Shown here piece after piece: positions 19,200 through 28,544 of a stretch of 64,000 nt of DNA. The notes beneath the pieces were generated by a model. It saw only the letters and a list, made by a program, of their open reading frames with translations. It searched no databases and was not told the origin of the DNA. The DNA is taken from positions 105,070-169,069 of the IMG/VR virus record IMGVR_UViG_3300043449_000492; one strand, written 5' to 3'. The stretch comes from a virus. The position numbers and the translations under genes are program-made. Positions within the stretch are counted from its first letter, which is position 1; the number at the start of each line of letters is the position of its first letter.

Positions 19200-20858
19200 A
19201 TGAAATACACTGCACCTGTCGATTCTACTCTCTTTCTTCTCAAAGACGTTCTCAAGTTTGATAATGAACTAACAGAGCCAATTCTTAGAGAAGCAGCAAA
19301 ACTATGTGAAGAAGTGATTGCTCCTACAAATCAAGAGGGTGATGAAGAGGGTTGTAAGTATGTCGAAAAAGAAGTCAAAACACCACAAGCATTCAAAGAA
19401 GCATGGCAAAAGTTTAGAGACGGAGGTTGGCTCGGACTCTCCGTTCCTGAAGCGTATGGTGGACAAGGCTTACCATATACACTTGCGTCTGCTATCAACG
19501 AATTTATATCCTCTTCTAACATGGGGTTTTCTCTTTATCCTGGCCTTACACGTGGAAATATCCAGGCTCTCCTCGAAGTAGGTAGCGAACCACAGAAGAA
19601 TATCTGGATCCCTTATCTAGCATCAGGTAAGTGGACTGGCACGATGAATCTTACTGAGCCTCATTGTGGAACTGATCTTGGTTTGTTGAAGACTAAGGCA
19701 GTTCCTGTTGGTGATGAAGGATATCATATCACAGGTCAAAAGATTTTCATTTCATGCGGTGAACACGATCTTGCGGAAAATATTCTACATCTTGTGCTTG
19801 CTCGAATTGAAGGTGATCCAGAAGGAGTCAAGGGCATTAGTATGTTTGCTGTGCCAAAGTTTATAGGTCCAGAGAGAAACAATGTCTCTTGTGGATCAAT
19901 CGAACATAAGATGGGTATTCACGGTTCATCAACTTGTGTTATGAACTATGATGGAGCATACGGTTATCTTGTTGGTGAACGCTGCAAAGGTCTCAATGCA
20001 ATGTTCATTATGATGAATGAAGCAAGACTTGGTGTTGCCGTTCAAGGTCTATCACAATCGGAGTTGGCTTATCAAAATGCTGTCTCATATGCTCAAGAAC
20101 GTATTCAGAGCGTTGCGCTTACGGATCCAAAAGGTGGATCAGTTGCCATTATCAATCATCCCGATGTTCGTCGTATGCTTATGGATATTCGTTGCATTAA
20201 CGAAGCTGCTAGACTTCTATGCTTGGAAGCGTCGATGCTTTGTGAAGATAAAAGCGATGCTGCTCAAGATAGATTAGGTTTGATGACACCAGTTCTCAAG
20301 GGTGTGTTAACAGACTATGGATTTGAGAATGCAGTAAAGGCTCAACAAGTTTGGGGAGGTCATGGTTACATTCGTGAGAACGGAATGGAGCAGATTGTTC
20401 GTGACGCTCGTATTGCTCAAATCTATGAAGGTGCTAATGGTATTCAGGCGCTTGACCTTGTTGCTCGTAAGTTGCCAAAGAACATGGGTCGTGCTATTCG
20501 TACCTTCTTTAAGGATAGTGAAGACTTGATTAACAAAGCATATGGTGCTGATCTGCATACAGTCGTGCAGCCTCTCACATCAGCAAGAGACGAACTAAGA
20601 CAAGCAACAGAGTGGCTTGTTGGTAATGCATTGACACTTCAAAATAATGCTGGTTCTGCATCGTATGATTATATGAAAATGTTCGGACTCGTATTGCTAG
20701 GTCTTGCTCATGTTCGTATCTGTATGGCTTCGGATGATAAGGAAAGACACCTAAATGCCAAATACTTTATGGAAAGGATTCTTCCTGAAACTCGATTCCT
20801 TTTGGAAAGAATTAAATCGGGAAGTGAAACAATGATGGAAGTTTCGTTTTTTAATTAA
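19200..20858 (+). CDS. acyl-CoA dehydrogenase (DmdC/FadE5-like group)
   Basis: GTMNLTEPHCGTDLG, GQKIFIS.GEHD, IEHKMGIHGS, GGHGYI, IYEGANGIQALDL. Confidence 0.95.
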   Translation: MKYTAPVDSTLFLLKDVLKFDNELTEPILREAAKLCEEVIAPTNQEGDEEGCKYVEKEVKTPQAFKEAWQKFRDGGWLGLSVPEAYGGQGLPYTLASAINEFISSSNMGFSLYPGLTRGNIQALLEVGSEPQKNIWIPYLASGKWTGTMNLTEPHCGTDLGLLKTKAVPVGDEGYHITGQKIFISCGEHDLAENILHLVLARIEGDPEGVKGISMFAVPKFIGPERNNVSCGSIEHKMGIHGSSTCVMNYDGAYGYLVGERCKGLNAMFIMMNEARLGVAVQGLSQSELAYQNAVSYAQERIQSVALTDPKGGSVAIINHPDVRRMLMDIRCINEAARLLCLEASMLCEDKSDAAQDRLGLMTPVLKGVLTDYGFENAVKAQQVWGGHGYIRENGMEQIVRDARIAQIYEGANGIQALDLVARKLPKNMGRAIRTFFKDSEDLINKAYGADLHTVVQPLTSARDELRQATEWLVGNALTLQNNAGSASYDYMKMFGLVLLGLAHVRICMASDDKERHLNAKYFMERILPETRFLLERIKSGSETMMEVSFFN

Positions 20859-20894
20859 AACAAATGGTGCGACAATGTGTCGCACCTCCACCTC

Positions 20895-20923
20895 TTGACA
20901 ATAGACCCTCGATTTGATATACT
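20895..20923 (+). promoter_or_regulatory. sigma70-type promoter
   Basis: TTGACA-N17-TATACT; preceded by palindrome 20866-20886. Confidence 0.8.
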
Positions 20924-20945
20924 GTAAGTCACTTATGGAGGTTCT

Positions 20946-21344
20946 ATGCCACTTCTTCCCGTTTACTATACTACCACTAATCTTCGCAAGCGTAAGTCTA
21001 AAAAGACGAATACTTCCGAGCATGAGAAGTGGCTAAGAACAATGGGTCTAGCTCCAAAGCAAATCAAAGCAAAGAAGACAGCGAATACTTCGTGGAAAGC
21101 AGAGTATTCTGATTCCTTAAAAGTTGATAGGTCTTCCGCTCAATACGATTCCGCAGGCATGTCAGGTGATGCGTCTTCCTGCGCTAATCGTTCGATTATG
21201 GCAAACCTTCATAAGGAGTCCGAAGAGACACGGGCAGCAATTCTAGCAAAGGCTGCCCGTGTCATGCCTCTATATAATAAAGGTGGACTTCAAGTTCTAA
21301 CGGACTCTGATGACCTTAAATGCTTAAACAAGGTAGCACGATGA
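20946..21344 (+). CDS. conserved basic phage protein
   Basis: GGAGG SD; PLYNKGGLQV C-terminal motif. Confidence 0.75.
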   Translation: MPLLPVYYTTTNLRKRKSKKTNTSEHEKWLRTMGLAPKQIKAKKTANTSWKAEYSDSLKVDRSSAQYDSAGMSGDASSCANRSIMANLHKESEETRAAILAKAARVMPLYNKGGLQVLTDSDDLKCLNKVAR

Positions 21345-21577
21345 TGTTAAATCTAATAGTTCCAGTCGTATTCTTTTGTGCAACCTTGCCTAATAAAAAT
21401 ACATGTGATGGATTTACTTCATTGATACATGAAGAACTTCCACCCGTTCCTACTCCAATGAAATGTCTGCTTGATGGTACAGCATTTGCAACTCAATACA
21501 TTGTTGAGTTTGAGAAAGATCATCCTAAATTAAAACTGGAATATAGAATAGTCTGCAAGTCAACCGAGAAAACTTGA
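21341..21577 (+). CDS. hypothetical exported protein
   Basis: hydrophobic N-terminus, 4 Cys. Confidence 0.55.
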   Translation: MMLNLIVPVVFFCATLPNKNTCDGFTSLIHEELPPVPTPMKCLLDGTAFATQYIVEFEKDHPKLKLEYRIVCKSTEKT

Positions 21578-21615
21578 CAGCATAAATACACTATGGTCTT
21601 TTTAAGGAGATATAA

Positions 21616-21813
21616 ATGCTTGTAGGAGATAAGGTAAGTTACGATTCTGTGAATGAAGCATACTGCTTGCTTACATCATACATTCGGGAAGATGGTAAGC
21701 TTGGCACAAAGTATAATCAGGAAAATCTACAGAACTTTGTTGTCTTCCTCGCAGAAATCTTGAAGCATCCAGATAATTTTACAGACGCAGATAAAAAAGA
21801 AGAATCTGCATAA
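21616..21813 (+). CDS. hypothetical protein
   Basis: AGGAG SD. Confidence 0.65.
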   Translation: MLVGDKVSYDSVNEAYCLLTSYIREDGKLGTKYNQENLQNFVVFLAEILKHPDNFTDADKKEESA

Positions 21814-21833
21814 CATAGAAAGGTGAAAATATA

Positions 21834-22094
21834 ATGAATAAGTTTATCCTAGCAACTGCACTTGTGTTTGCTCTAACTGGTTCCGCACTAGCACATAAGA
21901 AGGCTGTTGTTACTGATGTGCCTCTAGTTCCTGGTGCTGTCATTACCCCACAGGGTGTAAAGGTTCAGGCTCCCGTCGGCTCTGATGTTCAGGTTGACGT
22001 TGATGGTAAGGACGTTGATATTACGATTACCGGTCCAGAGTCAAAGACTGGTTTCAATTCGCTTCTACCCTGGAACTGGCGTTTCTGGCGGTAA
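21834..22094 (+). CDS. hypothetical secreted protein
   Basis: signal peptide MNKFILATALVFALTGSALA. Confidence 0.7.
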   Translation: MNKFILATALVFALTGSALAHKKAVVTDVPLVPGAVITPQGVKVQAPVGSDVQVDVDGKDVDITITGPESKTGFNSLLPWNWRFWR

Positions 22095-22144
22095 AATATA
22101 CTAAATAGTATTGTCCAATCCAGGACATGCTATGGAGTGTAAAA

Positions 22145-22369
22145 ATGAACTTAACTGCACTAAGAGCAAACTGGAGAACAACAGTTCTTGGTTTGATTCC
22201 GTTGGTAGCATATGCTTTAAATTATTTTGGATTATGGCCTGCGTCAATGCCGCTTCCTCCACTGGATCAAGTGTGGCCATTCGTGTTTGCCCTATTTGGT
22301 ATGGGCGTCGTTGCCAAGGATGGTAACGTCACAAACGCACACGATCCATCTCCACCAACGACTCTCTAA
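22145..22369 (+). CDS. putative holin (2 TM)
   Basis: NWRTTVLGLI...GMGVVAKDGNVT; CTAAATA late-type promoter at 22101; next to spanins. Confidence 0.55.
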   Translation: MNLTALRANWRTTVLGLIPLVAYALNYFGLWPASMPLPPLDQVWPFVFALFGMGVVAKDGNVTNAHDPSPPTTL

Positions 22370-22371
22370 AG

Positions 22372-22398
22372 ATAAGGGCGGGTTTATCTCGCCCTTAT
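22372..22398. terminator. hairpin between convergent genes
   Basis: ATAAGGGCGGG-TTTAT-CTCGCCCTTAT. Confidence 0.6.
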
Positions 22399-22659
22399 TC
22401 TTACATCTGCATCATTCAAAAACTTACGAATAGATTCAATAGAACTTTTACAGGTTAGATTATTCTTGTGTAGCTGTACAATTACTTTAGCTACTTGTGC
22501 ATCTGTAAGCGTCTTCCAGTTTGGAAACTCTTTCAATACAGGACAGGCATACATAGCTTCGTCGGGGCGAACGACTAGATACTTGTATGTGGTGATGACT
22601 TGCTGAGTATCATTACAACCAACAAGTAACAAAGCAAACAATAGAACAACAAACTTCAT
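22384..22659 (-). CDS. o-spanin-like lipoprotein
   Basis: lipobox LLVGC; follows a TM+coiled-coil gene. Confidence 0.75.
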   Translation of the reverse strand: MKFVVLLFALLLVGCNDTQQVITTYKYLVVRPDEAMYACPVLKEFPNWKTLTDAQVAKVIVQLHKNNLTCKSSIESIRKFLNDADVRIRAR

Positions 22660-23039
22660 TTAATTTCTCCAAGCATTTTGATTGTATCTTTTAGTATCTG
22701 TGAGGATTGTTTATCATGACCAGCGCCGACATGTTGATTGATTGATGCGTCAATCTTCTGTAGTTGTTCTTCTAGTCTATCTCTTTCGATGTATAGCTTA
22801 GCCAAAATCTCACTCTTATTTGTGCTAATCTCTTCCATCTGTTGGATATAGATATTCTTATCCTTGACATTCTGTTGTAGTTGATCGATGGTAAACTTTT
22901 GTAAAGCTGAGTCTTTTTCCATATCGACAATCTGGCGATGCTTAAGGTATAGACTACTGGCGAGTCCAAAGACGATCATTAGGATCGCTATCCATTTGAA
23001 ACTACCTGCCGTAAAGAATGAAATGAGAAAAGAAAACAT
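22656..23039 (-). CDS. i-spanin-like protein
   Basis: N-terminal TM plus long coiled coil; GGAGG SD. Confidence 0.7.
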   Translation of the reverse strand: MFSFLISFFTAGSFKWIAILMIVFGLASSLYLKHRQIVDMEKDSALQKFTIDQLQQNVKDKNIYIQQMEEISTNKSEILAKLYIERDRLEEQLQKIDASINQHVGAGHDKQSSQILKDTIKMLGEIK

Positions 23040-23040
23040 A

Positions 23041-23069
23041 TTGACCTCCAAGAACATCTATGCTATAAT
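23041..23069 (+). promoter_or_regulatory. sigma70-type promoter
   Basis: TTGACC-N17-TATAAT. Confidence 0.7.
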
Positions 23070-23093
23070 ATATATGTAAGTAGAGGTATAGAA

Positions 23094-23291
23094 ATGATTC
23101 TATGTTCCTGTAATCTTATAACTGACAACAATGTTAGGCAAATCATGGAAAGTCGGCCTTCATATGCTAGACTTCCGTCTGTTGAGGAAATCATGGAAAA
23201 GCATGGTTGCTCTGTTGTATGTGCAACCTGTGTTCGCAACTTGAAAATTGAAATAAGGAAACACTATGAAAGTGAAGATCGGACCGTATAA
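23094..23291 (+). CDS. bfd: Bfd-like [2Fe-2S] ferredoxin
   Basis: MILCSCN.ITD...CATC. Confidence 0.8.
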   Translation: MILCSCNLITDNNVRQIMESRPSYARLPSVEEIMEKHGCSVVCATCVRNLKIEIRKHYESEDRTV

Positions 23292-23799
23292 GACTTGGAT
23301 TGGAGTCTATCAAGTCACTGATAAGATACCATTCGTTAGTGAAGATACCCGAGACAAGATTGGAGACTGGCTTTCCAATACTTGGGTTAATGATATCTTC
23401 AAGTGGTTTGATGAGAAGAAAGAACGTAAGATTGATATTCGTATCGATCCTTATGATACTTGGTCTATGGATCATACACTTGCTCTAATCATTCTTCCAA
23501 TGCTTAATCAGCTTCGTATCACCAAGCAGGGTGCTCCTTGGGTTGATGATGAAGATGTTCCCGACTTCATTAAGTCAACAACTGCTCCTCCTAAAGAAGA
23601 GGATTGGGACGTTGACGACTATCATCATATTCGTTGGGACTGGGTTCTCAATGAAATGATCTTTGCCTTTGAGAACATTCTTAATGATGATTGGCATGAT
23701 AAAATGAACCTTGACAAAGACGAGTTTACATACTATAATGATCGTATTGACAATGGATTGCGCCTCTTCGGTAAGTATTATCGGGCGCTTTGGGACTAA
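23266..23799 (+). CDS. conserved phage hypothetical protein
   Basis: DTWSMDHTLA.IILPML, RWDWVLNEMIFAF, GLRLFGKYY..LWD. Confidence 0.8.
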   Translation: MKVKIGPYKTWIGVYQVTDKIPFVSEDTRDKIGDWLSNTWVNDIFKWFDEKKERKIDIRIDPYDTWSMDHTLALIILPMLNQLRITKQGAPWVDDEDVPDFIKSTTAPPKEEDWDVDDYHHIRWDWVLNEMIFAFENILNDDWHDKMNLDKDEFTYYNDRIDNGLRLFGKYYRALWD

Positions 23800-23810
23800 G
23801 GAGATTGTCC

Positions 23811-24017
23811 ATGAACTTTAGTGAAAAGACTATGCACGTCCTCGAAACTCAGTTTAAGCAGAGGGCGCTCGACGGAAAGTGGGAAAGGATCGTCAAGATC
23901 ATTGACCCAGACAACGCTTATTCATTCGTGAATGAGAATGGCAACCGCACTACATTGATTCCTGAGAAATGGGTCACTGTCGGTGTTTATGATTATCTAA
24001 TGGAGATTATTGACTAA
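23811..24017 (+). CDS. hypothetical protein
   Basis: AGGAG SD. Confidence 0.6.
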   Translation: MNFSEKTMHVLETQFKQRALDGKWERIVKIIDPDNAYSFVNENGNRTTLIPEKWVTVGVYDYLMEIID

Positions 24018-24319
24018 TGGCTACAAATCTAAAAATTCTACGCTTCCTCAATGAGGAAATTATGGGCGAGATTGTTACTGAGAGCAAGGACACAGTCACA
24101 GTAAAGAATCCTGTTCGTATTGTTGTTATGCCAAACAAGGAAGATCCTAAGAATCCTTCAGTAGGCTTCGCTCCATACTGCGAATGGACTGAGGACAAGG
24201 ACTTCACTCTTTCGAAGAACTTTCTTGTTTTTACAGCAGAACCTCTTAAGGTTTTTATCAATCAGTATAATCAGCAGTTTGGTGGTATCATCGTTCCAGA
24301 CACAAAGATCATTATGTAA
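24017..24319 (+). CDS. Sm-like conserved protein upstream of gene 43
   Basis: EEIMGE..V.NPV...Y.QQFGGIIVP. Confidence 0.7.
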   Translation: MATNLKILRFLNEEIMGEIVTESKDTVTVKNPVRIVVMPNKEDPKNPSVGFAPYCEWTEDKDFTLSKNFLVFTAEPLKVFINQYNQQFGGIIVPDTKIIM

Positions 24320-26871
24320 TGACAAAATTCTATACCAATGTTGAAGTGTGGGGTGGCAAGATCCTATACCGTGGCGTTGAGAATGGAAAGCGTATCAAGA
24401 GTAGGGTGGACTATCACCCTACTCTTTTCGTTCGTTCAGACAAGCCTACGAAGTATAAGACAATCTATGGAGAGTATGTCGGTCCTATTAAGCCAGGATC
24501 GATCAAGGACTGTCGTGAGTTTGCCTCTCAGTATGATGATGTTCCTAACTTTAAAGTGTATGGCAATCAACGCTATCAGTATTGCTTTATAGCTGATGAA
24601 TTTTCAGATGTTATTGACTGGGACATTCAGCATATTCGTATCGCAAACATTGATATCGAAGTTGGTTCTGAGAATGGATTTCCAGATCCTGGGGATGCGA
24701 CTGAGCCTTTGACCGCTATCACTGTGAAGATGAATGGATATTACTTTACGTTTGGTACTGAAGCATACAAGTCTGAGCGTAATGATGTTTCATATTGTCG
24801 CTGTATTAGTGAAATTGATTTGATTCAGAAGTTCCTTCTATGGTGGCAACAGGATCATCCTGACATTATCACAGGTTGGAACGTCGAGCAATTCGATATT
24901 CCATATCTTGTCAATCGTATATCTAATGTGCTAGGCGAGAAAGAAGCCAAGAAGCTTTCTCCTTGGGGCGTAATCAATGCAAAGACGATTGATATGGGTA
25001 TGGGTCGTAAAGGCTCAGGATATACCATTCTAGGTATTGCTACGCTCGATCTTATTTCACTATATAAGAAATATGCTCCAGAGGGTAAGTCTCAAGAATC
25101 CTATCGTCTGGATAACATTGCCCATGTTGAGCTAGGAGAACGTAAACTCTCCTATGAAGATTATGGCTCACTTCATAATCTCTATAGAGAGAATTACCAG
25201 AAGTTCATTGACTATAACATCAAAGACGTTGAACTTGTGGACCGCATTGATGACAAAGGCAAGTTCATTGAACTAGCCCTTACCCTTTCTTATGATAACA
25301 AATGCAACTATGAAGATGTGTTTGCTCAAGTCCGTATGTGGGACGTAATTTGTTTTAATCATTTGAAAGCGAAGAACATTGTCGTCCCTCCTACCGAAAG
25401 ACACGAAAAGGAGGCAGCTTATGTCGGTGCTTACGTTAAAGATCCTATTATTGGTTTCCATGATTGGGTGGCTTCTTTTGACGTTAATTCAGAGTACCCG
25501 TCTGTTATTATGGGGTCAAATATCTCTCCTGAGACGATTATCGAACCTGATTCTTATACTCCTGCTATGCAGTCTATTATCTCCTCTGGTATCACTGTTG
25601 ATAAACTTCTTAATCGTTCAATCGACACCTCTACCTTGAAAGATGAAAACGTCTGCTTGACAGCGAACGGACAGTTCTATCGTCGTGACAAGCAAGGCTT
25701 CATGCCTGAAATGGTTGAGAAGATGTTTAATGATCGTAAAGCCTATAAGAAGGCAATGCTTGAAGCTGAACAGGAGTATGAGCATGAAACTGACAAGCAA
25801 GCGAAAGCGGAGCTTAAGAAGAAGATATCCAAGTTCAAGAACCTACAACTCTCCAAGAAAGTATCACTCAACTCGCTTTATGGCGCCATGGGATCGAAGT
25901 TCTTTCGGTTCTATGATCTACGAAATGCGATTGCGGTCACGACTACGGGTCAACTTAGCATCCGTTGGATCGAAAAGACCCTTAATGAGTATTTGCGAAA
26001 GTTGTTAAAGACAGAAAAGGATTATGTTATTGCAGTCGATACTGACTCGGTTTATTTGCACCTTGCTGATTTGGTCAAGCAAACCATCGAAAAGGATGGT
26101 CAATCTGTTGATGCAGCAAGAGGTATCGCCTTCATGGATAAAGTCTGTGAAAGTGGTCTACAACGAATTATTGATCAGACTTGTTCTGATCTTGGTGCAT
26201 ACACTAACGTCTATCAACAAAAGATTATCATGAAGCGAGAAGTCTTGGCAGACAAAGCAATCTGGACTGCCAAGAAGCGTTACATTCTCAACGTCCATAA
26301 CTCCGAAGGTGTGCAGTATGCTAAGCCAAAGAAGAAAGTTATGGGTCTTGAAATGGTCAAGAGTTCAACCCCATCAGCATGTAGAGAGAAGTTAAAGGAA
26401 GCAATTGATGTTATATTTGACCAAGGCGAATCAGCAGTTCAAGAGTTTGTTCAGCAGTTTCGTTCCGAATATGAAAGTTTACCTTTGGCAGACATTGCGT
26501 TTCCTCGTGGAGTTAACGGTCTCATTAAGTATGCAGATAAGAAGACGATTTACGGAAGCGGAACACCTATACATGTTCGTGGCTCTCTTGTATATAATCA
26601 TATTCTATCTGAGCATAAGCTTACTAATAAGTATCCGTTGATTCAAGGCGGAGAAAAGATTAAGTATGTTCACCTCAAAGAACCTAACACTGTGCAGTCG
26701 AATGTGATTGCATTTCCACAAGGAGGAATCCCTAAAGAGTTTGACTTGAACAAGTATATCGACTATAATACACAATTCGAAAAATCGTTTCTAGAACCAT
26801 TGAAGATCATTCTGGAAGCGATTGATTGGAAAGCAGAACGAACATCTAGCCTAGAGGACTTTTTCTCATGA
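24319..26871 (+). CDS. 43: family B DNA polymerase
   Basis: DIE, GWN..FDIPY, SFDVNSEYPS, K..LNSLYG, DTDS. Confidence 0.98.
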   Translation: MTKFYTNVEVWGGKILYRGVENGKRIKSRVDYHPTLFVRSDKPTKYKTIYGEYVGPIKPGSIKDCREFASQYDDVPNFKVYGNQRYQYCFIADEFSDVIDWDIQHIRIANIDIEVGSENGFPDPGDATEPLTAITVKMNGYYFTFGTEAYKSERNDVSYCRCISEIDLIQKFLLWWQQDHPDIITGWNVEQFDIPYLVNRISNVLGEKEAKKLSPWGVINAKTIDMGMGRKGSGYTILGIATLDLISLYKKYAPEGKSQESYRLDNIAHVELGERKLSYEDYGSLHNLYRENYQKFIDYNIKDVELVDRIDDKGKFIELALTLSYDNKCNYEDVFAQVRMWDVICFNHLKAKNIVVPPTERHEKEAAYVGAYVKDPIIGFHDWVASFDVNSEYPSVIMGSNISPETIIEPDSYTPAMQSIISSGITVDKLLNRSIDTSTLKDENVCLTANGQFYRRDKQGFMPEMVEKMFNDRKAYKKAMLEAEQEYEHETDKQAKAELKKKISKFKNLQLSKKVSLNSLYGAMGSKFFRFYDLRNAIAVTTTGQLSIRWIEKTLNEYLRKLLKTEKDYVIAVDTDSVYLHLADLVKQTIEKDGQSVDAARGIAFMDKVCESGLQRIIDQTCSDLGAYTNVYQQKIIMKREVLADKAIWTAKKRYILNVHNSEGVQYAKPKKKVMGLEMVKSSTPSACREKLKEAIDVIFDQGESAVQEFVQQFRSEYESLPLADIAFPRGVNGLIKYADKKTIYGSGTPIHVRGSLVYNHILSEHKLTNKYPLIQGGEKIKYVHLKEPNTVQSNVIAFPQGGIPKEFDLNKYIDYNTQFEKSFLEPLKIILEAIDWKAERTSSLEDFFS

Positions 26872-27062
26872 GTAAAAAGAAGACCGAAGAAGACAAGCAC
26901 TATAAGCATTCGCCCGCTCGTCTATATGAGTTTGTTCCTGATAACACCATCGATACCAACAACGTCATTGAATTAGCTAAGATCGTGCGTGTTGGTATTG
27001 GTGGCAATCTACTAGAAAAACTTTCGCCTGAGTTACAGAAATTTTTCAAAGAAGTTGCATGA
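26868..27062 (+). CDS. hypothetical protein
   Basis: ATGA overlaps on both sides. Confidence 0.65.
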   Translation: MSKKKTEEDKHYKHSPARLYEFVPDNTIDTNNVIELAKIVRVGIGGNLLEKLSPELQKFFKEVA

Positions 27063-27823
27063 CGACTGTTCATCAGATTATCATTGTTGATGGTATGAAG
27101 ATACCAGACATGAGAACCAATCCCGTAGCTATGAACCGTTCAATGCAGAGCGTTAATGTTATGTATGGTCAACATGACTACCATCTTTGGTCAGGAGAAG
27201 AATGTATTGAGTTCATTCATTCTAACTTTGACAAAGAAGTATTAACTACATTTCATCGGCTTAACGCATATGCAAACAAGGCAGATTTAGCTCGGGCTTG
27301 CATTCTATATCTTCAAGGAGGTTTCTATACAGATATCTTCATTGAATGGTTGCAGCCAATTGACTTTGCATTACTAAATCAATTTGACTTCTGTGCATTT
27401 CGTGATCAATCAAAATTCAACTATCGCTTTCTATCTGTGCTGAATGGTATTCAGCTTACTAAGCCTCGTTGTAAAGTGCTAGAGGAACATATTAAACTTA
27501 TCATTCAAAACTCAAAGAATGAGTATTATGGTTATCCTCAACCTACAGCAATCTCAGGTCCAGTTGCATTAGGAAGATCAATAGCTAGAGCAATTGAGAC
27601 TGGATTTGATGAACAGAGAATTGGTTTAATCGGAGACATAATCAATCTTACAGTGGGTTATGGAAAAGAAAACTTCGGATTCGTTGCTAACAATGGAGAT
27701 ATCCTAGCACTACGAACTAAAGTTAACAATATGAATCAAATGGGCTTGACAGGAGCTAATGATTACTATACAATATACTGTGAGGGTCAGATATACAATA
27801 AGGAAGTGACTTATGATACCTAA
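27059..27823 (+). CDS. GT32 (OCH1-like) glycosyltransferase
   Basis: KADLAR..ILY..GGFYTDI, SGP.ALG. Confidence 0.8.
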   Translation: MTTVHQIIIVDGMKIPDMRTNPVAMNRSMQSVNVMYGQHDYHLWSGEECIEFIHSNFDKEVLTTFHRLNAYANKADLARACILYLQGGFYTDIFIEWLQPIDFALLNQFDFCAFRDQSKFNYRFLSVLNGIQLTKPRCKVLEEHIKLIIQNSKNEYYGYPQPTAISGPVALGRSIARAIETGFDEQRIGLIGDIINLTVGYGKENFGFVANNGDILALRTKVNNMNQMGLTGANDYYTIYCEGQIYNKEVTYDT

Positions 27824-28505
27824 GATTATTCACCATACTGCTCCCAGGGATAAAACAAAATGGGGGCCACTCTGGAGTGTATGCCTAGATTCCTGGTATG
27901 AACATTTTCCTACAGATCAATATACTCATATCTTTTGGACAGACGAGGATCTAAATGATCTAGCTCATAATGACTTTGCTCCTTACTGGGATTTGTATTC
28001 ATCATTTCCTTTTGATATCATGAAAGTGGATATTGCACGATATATGATGCTATATAAGTTTGGTGGTCTTTATGTTGATATGGACTACTACTGCTATAAG
28101 AATTTCCACTCTACAATTAGTCATGTTGATCTAGTTATGGTTCAAGCATTAGGACATGATGAGGTTGTGCAGAATGCAATGATGGGTAGCAAACCAAAGC
28201 ATCCGTTTTGGTTAGATTGTTTAGAAGAAACTAAGCGTTTCAATTATAACTATATCGAAACACTATCTAAGACGCATTATGTCAAGGATATCACAGGACC
28301 TTATTTTCTCTCTCGTCAAGGAATGAAATGCACATATCCAATTCATATTCTTGACAAGAATGACTACAATCCTCCTATTGATTACGTTAGTAATAGTGTC
28401 ATTACAAGACATATGTTAACGAGCGTTTGGGTTGCAGACGGTAAGGATCTAAAGGAGTTTTATAAAGAAAATAGAAACGTAGACGCAGATACATTTAAAT
28501 TCTAG
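27813..28505 (+). CDS. GT32 (OCH1-like) glycosyltransferase
   Basis: MIPKIIH, DIARY..LY.FGGLYVDMD, NAMM.S.PKHPF, TGP. Confidence 0.9.
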   Translation: MIPKIIHHTAPRDKTKWGPLWSVCLDSWYEHFPTDQYTHIFWTDEDLNDLAHNDFAPYWDLYSSFPFDIMKVDIARYMMLYKFGGLYVDMDYYCYKNFHSTISHVDLVMVQALGHDEVVQNAMMGSKPKHPFWLDCLEETKRFNYNYIETLSKTHYVKDITGPYFLSRQGMKCTYPIHILDKNDYNPPIDYVSNSVITRHMLTSVWVADGKDLKEFYKENRNVDADTFKF

Positions 28506-28544
28506 ATAGGGAGATTCCTATTCTAGTTACACAAGGAGAAACTT

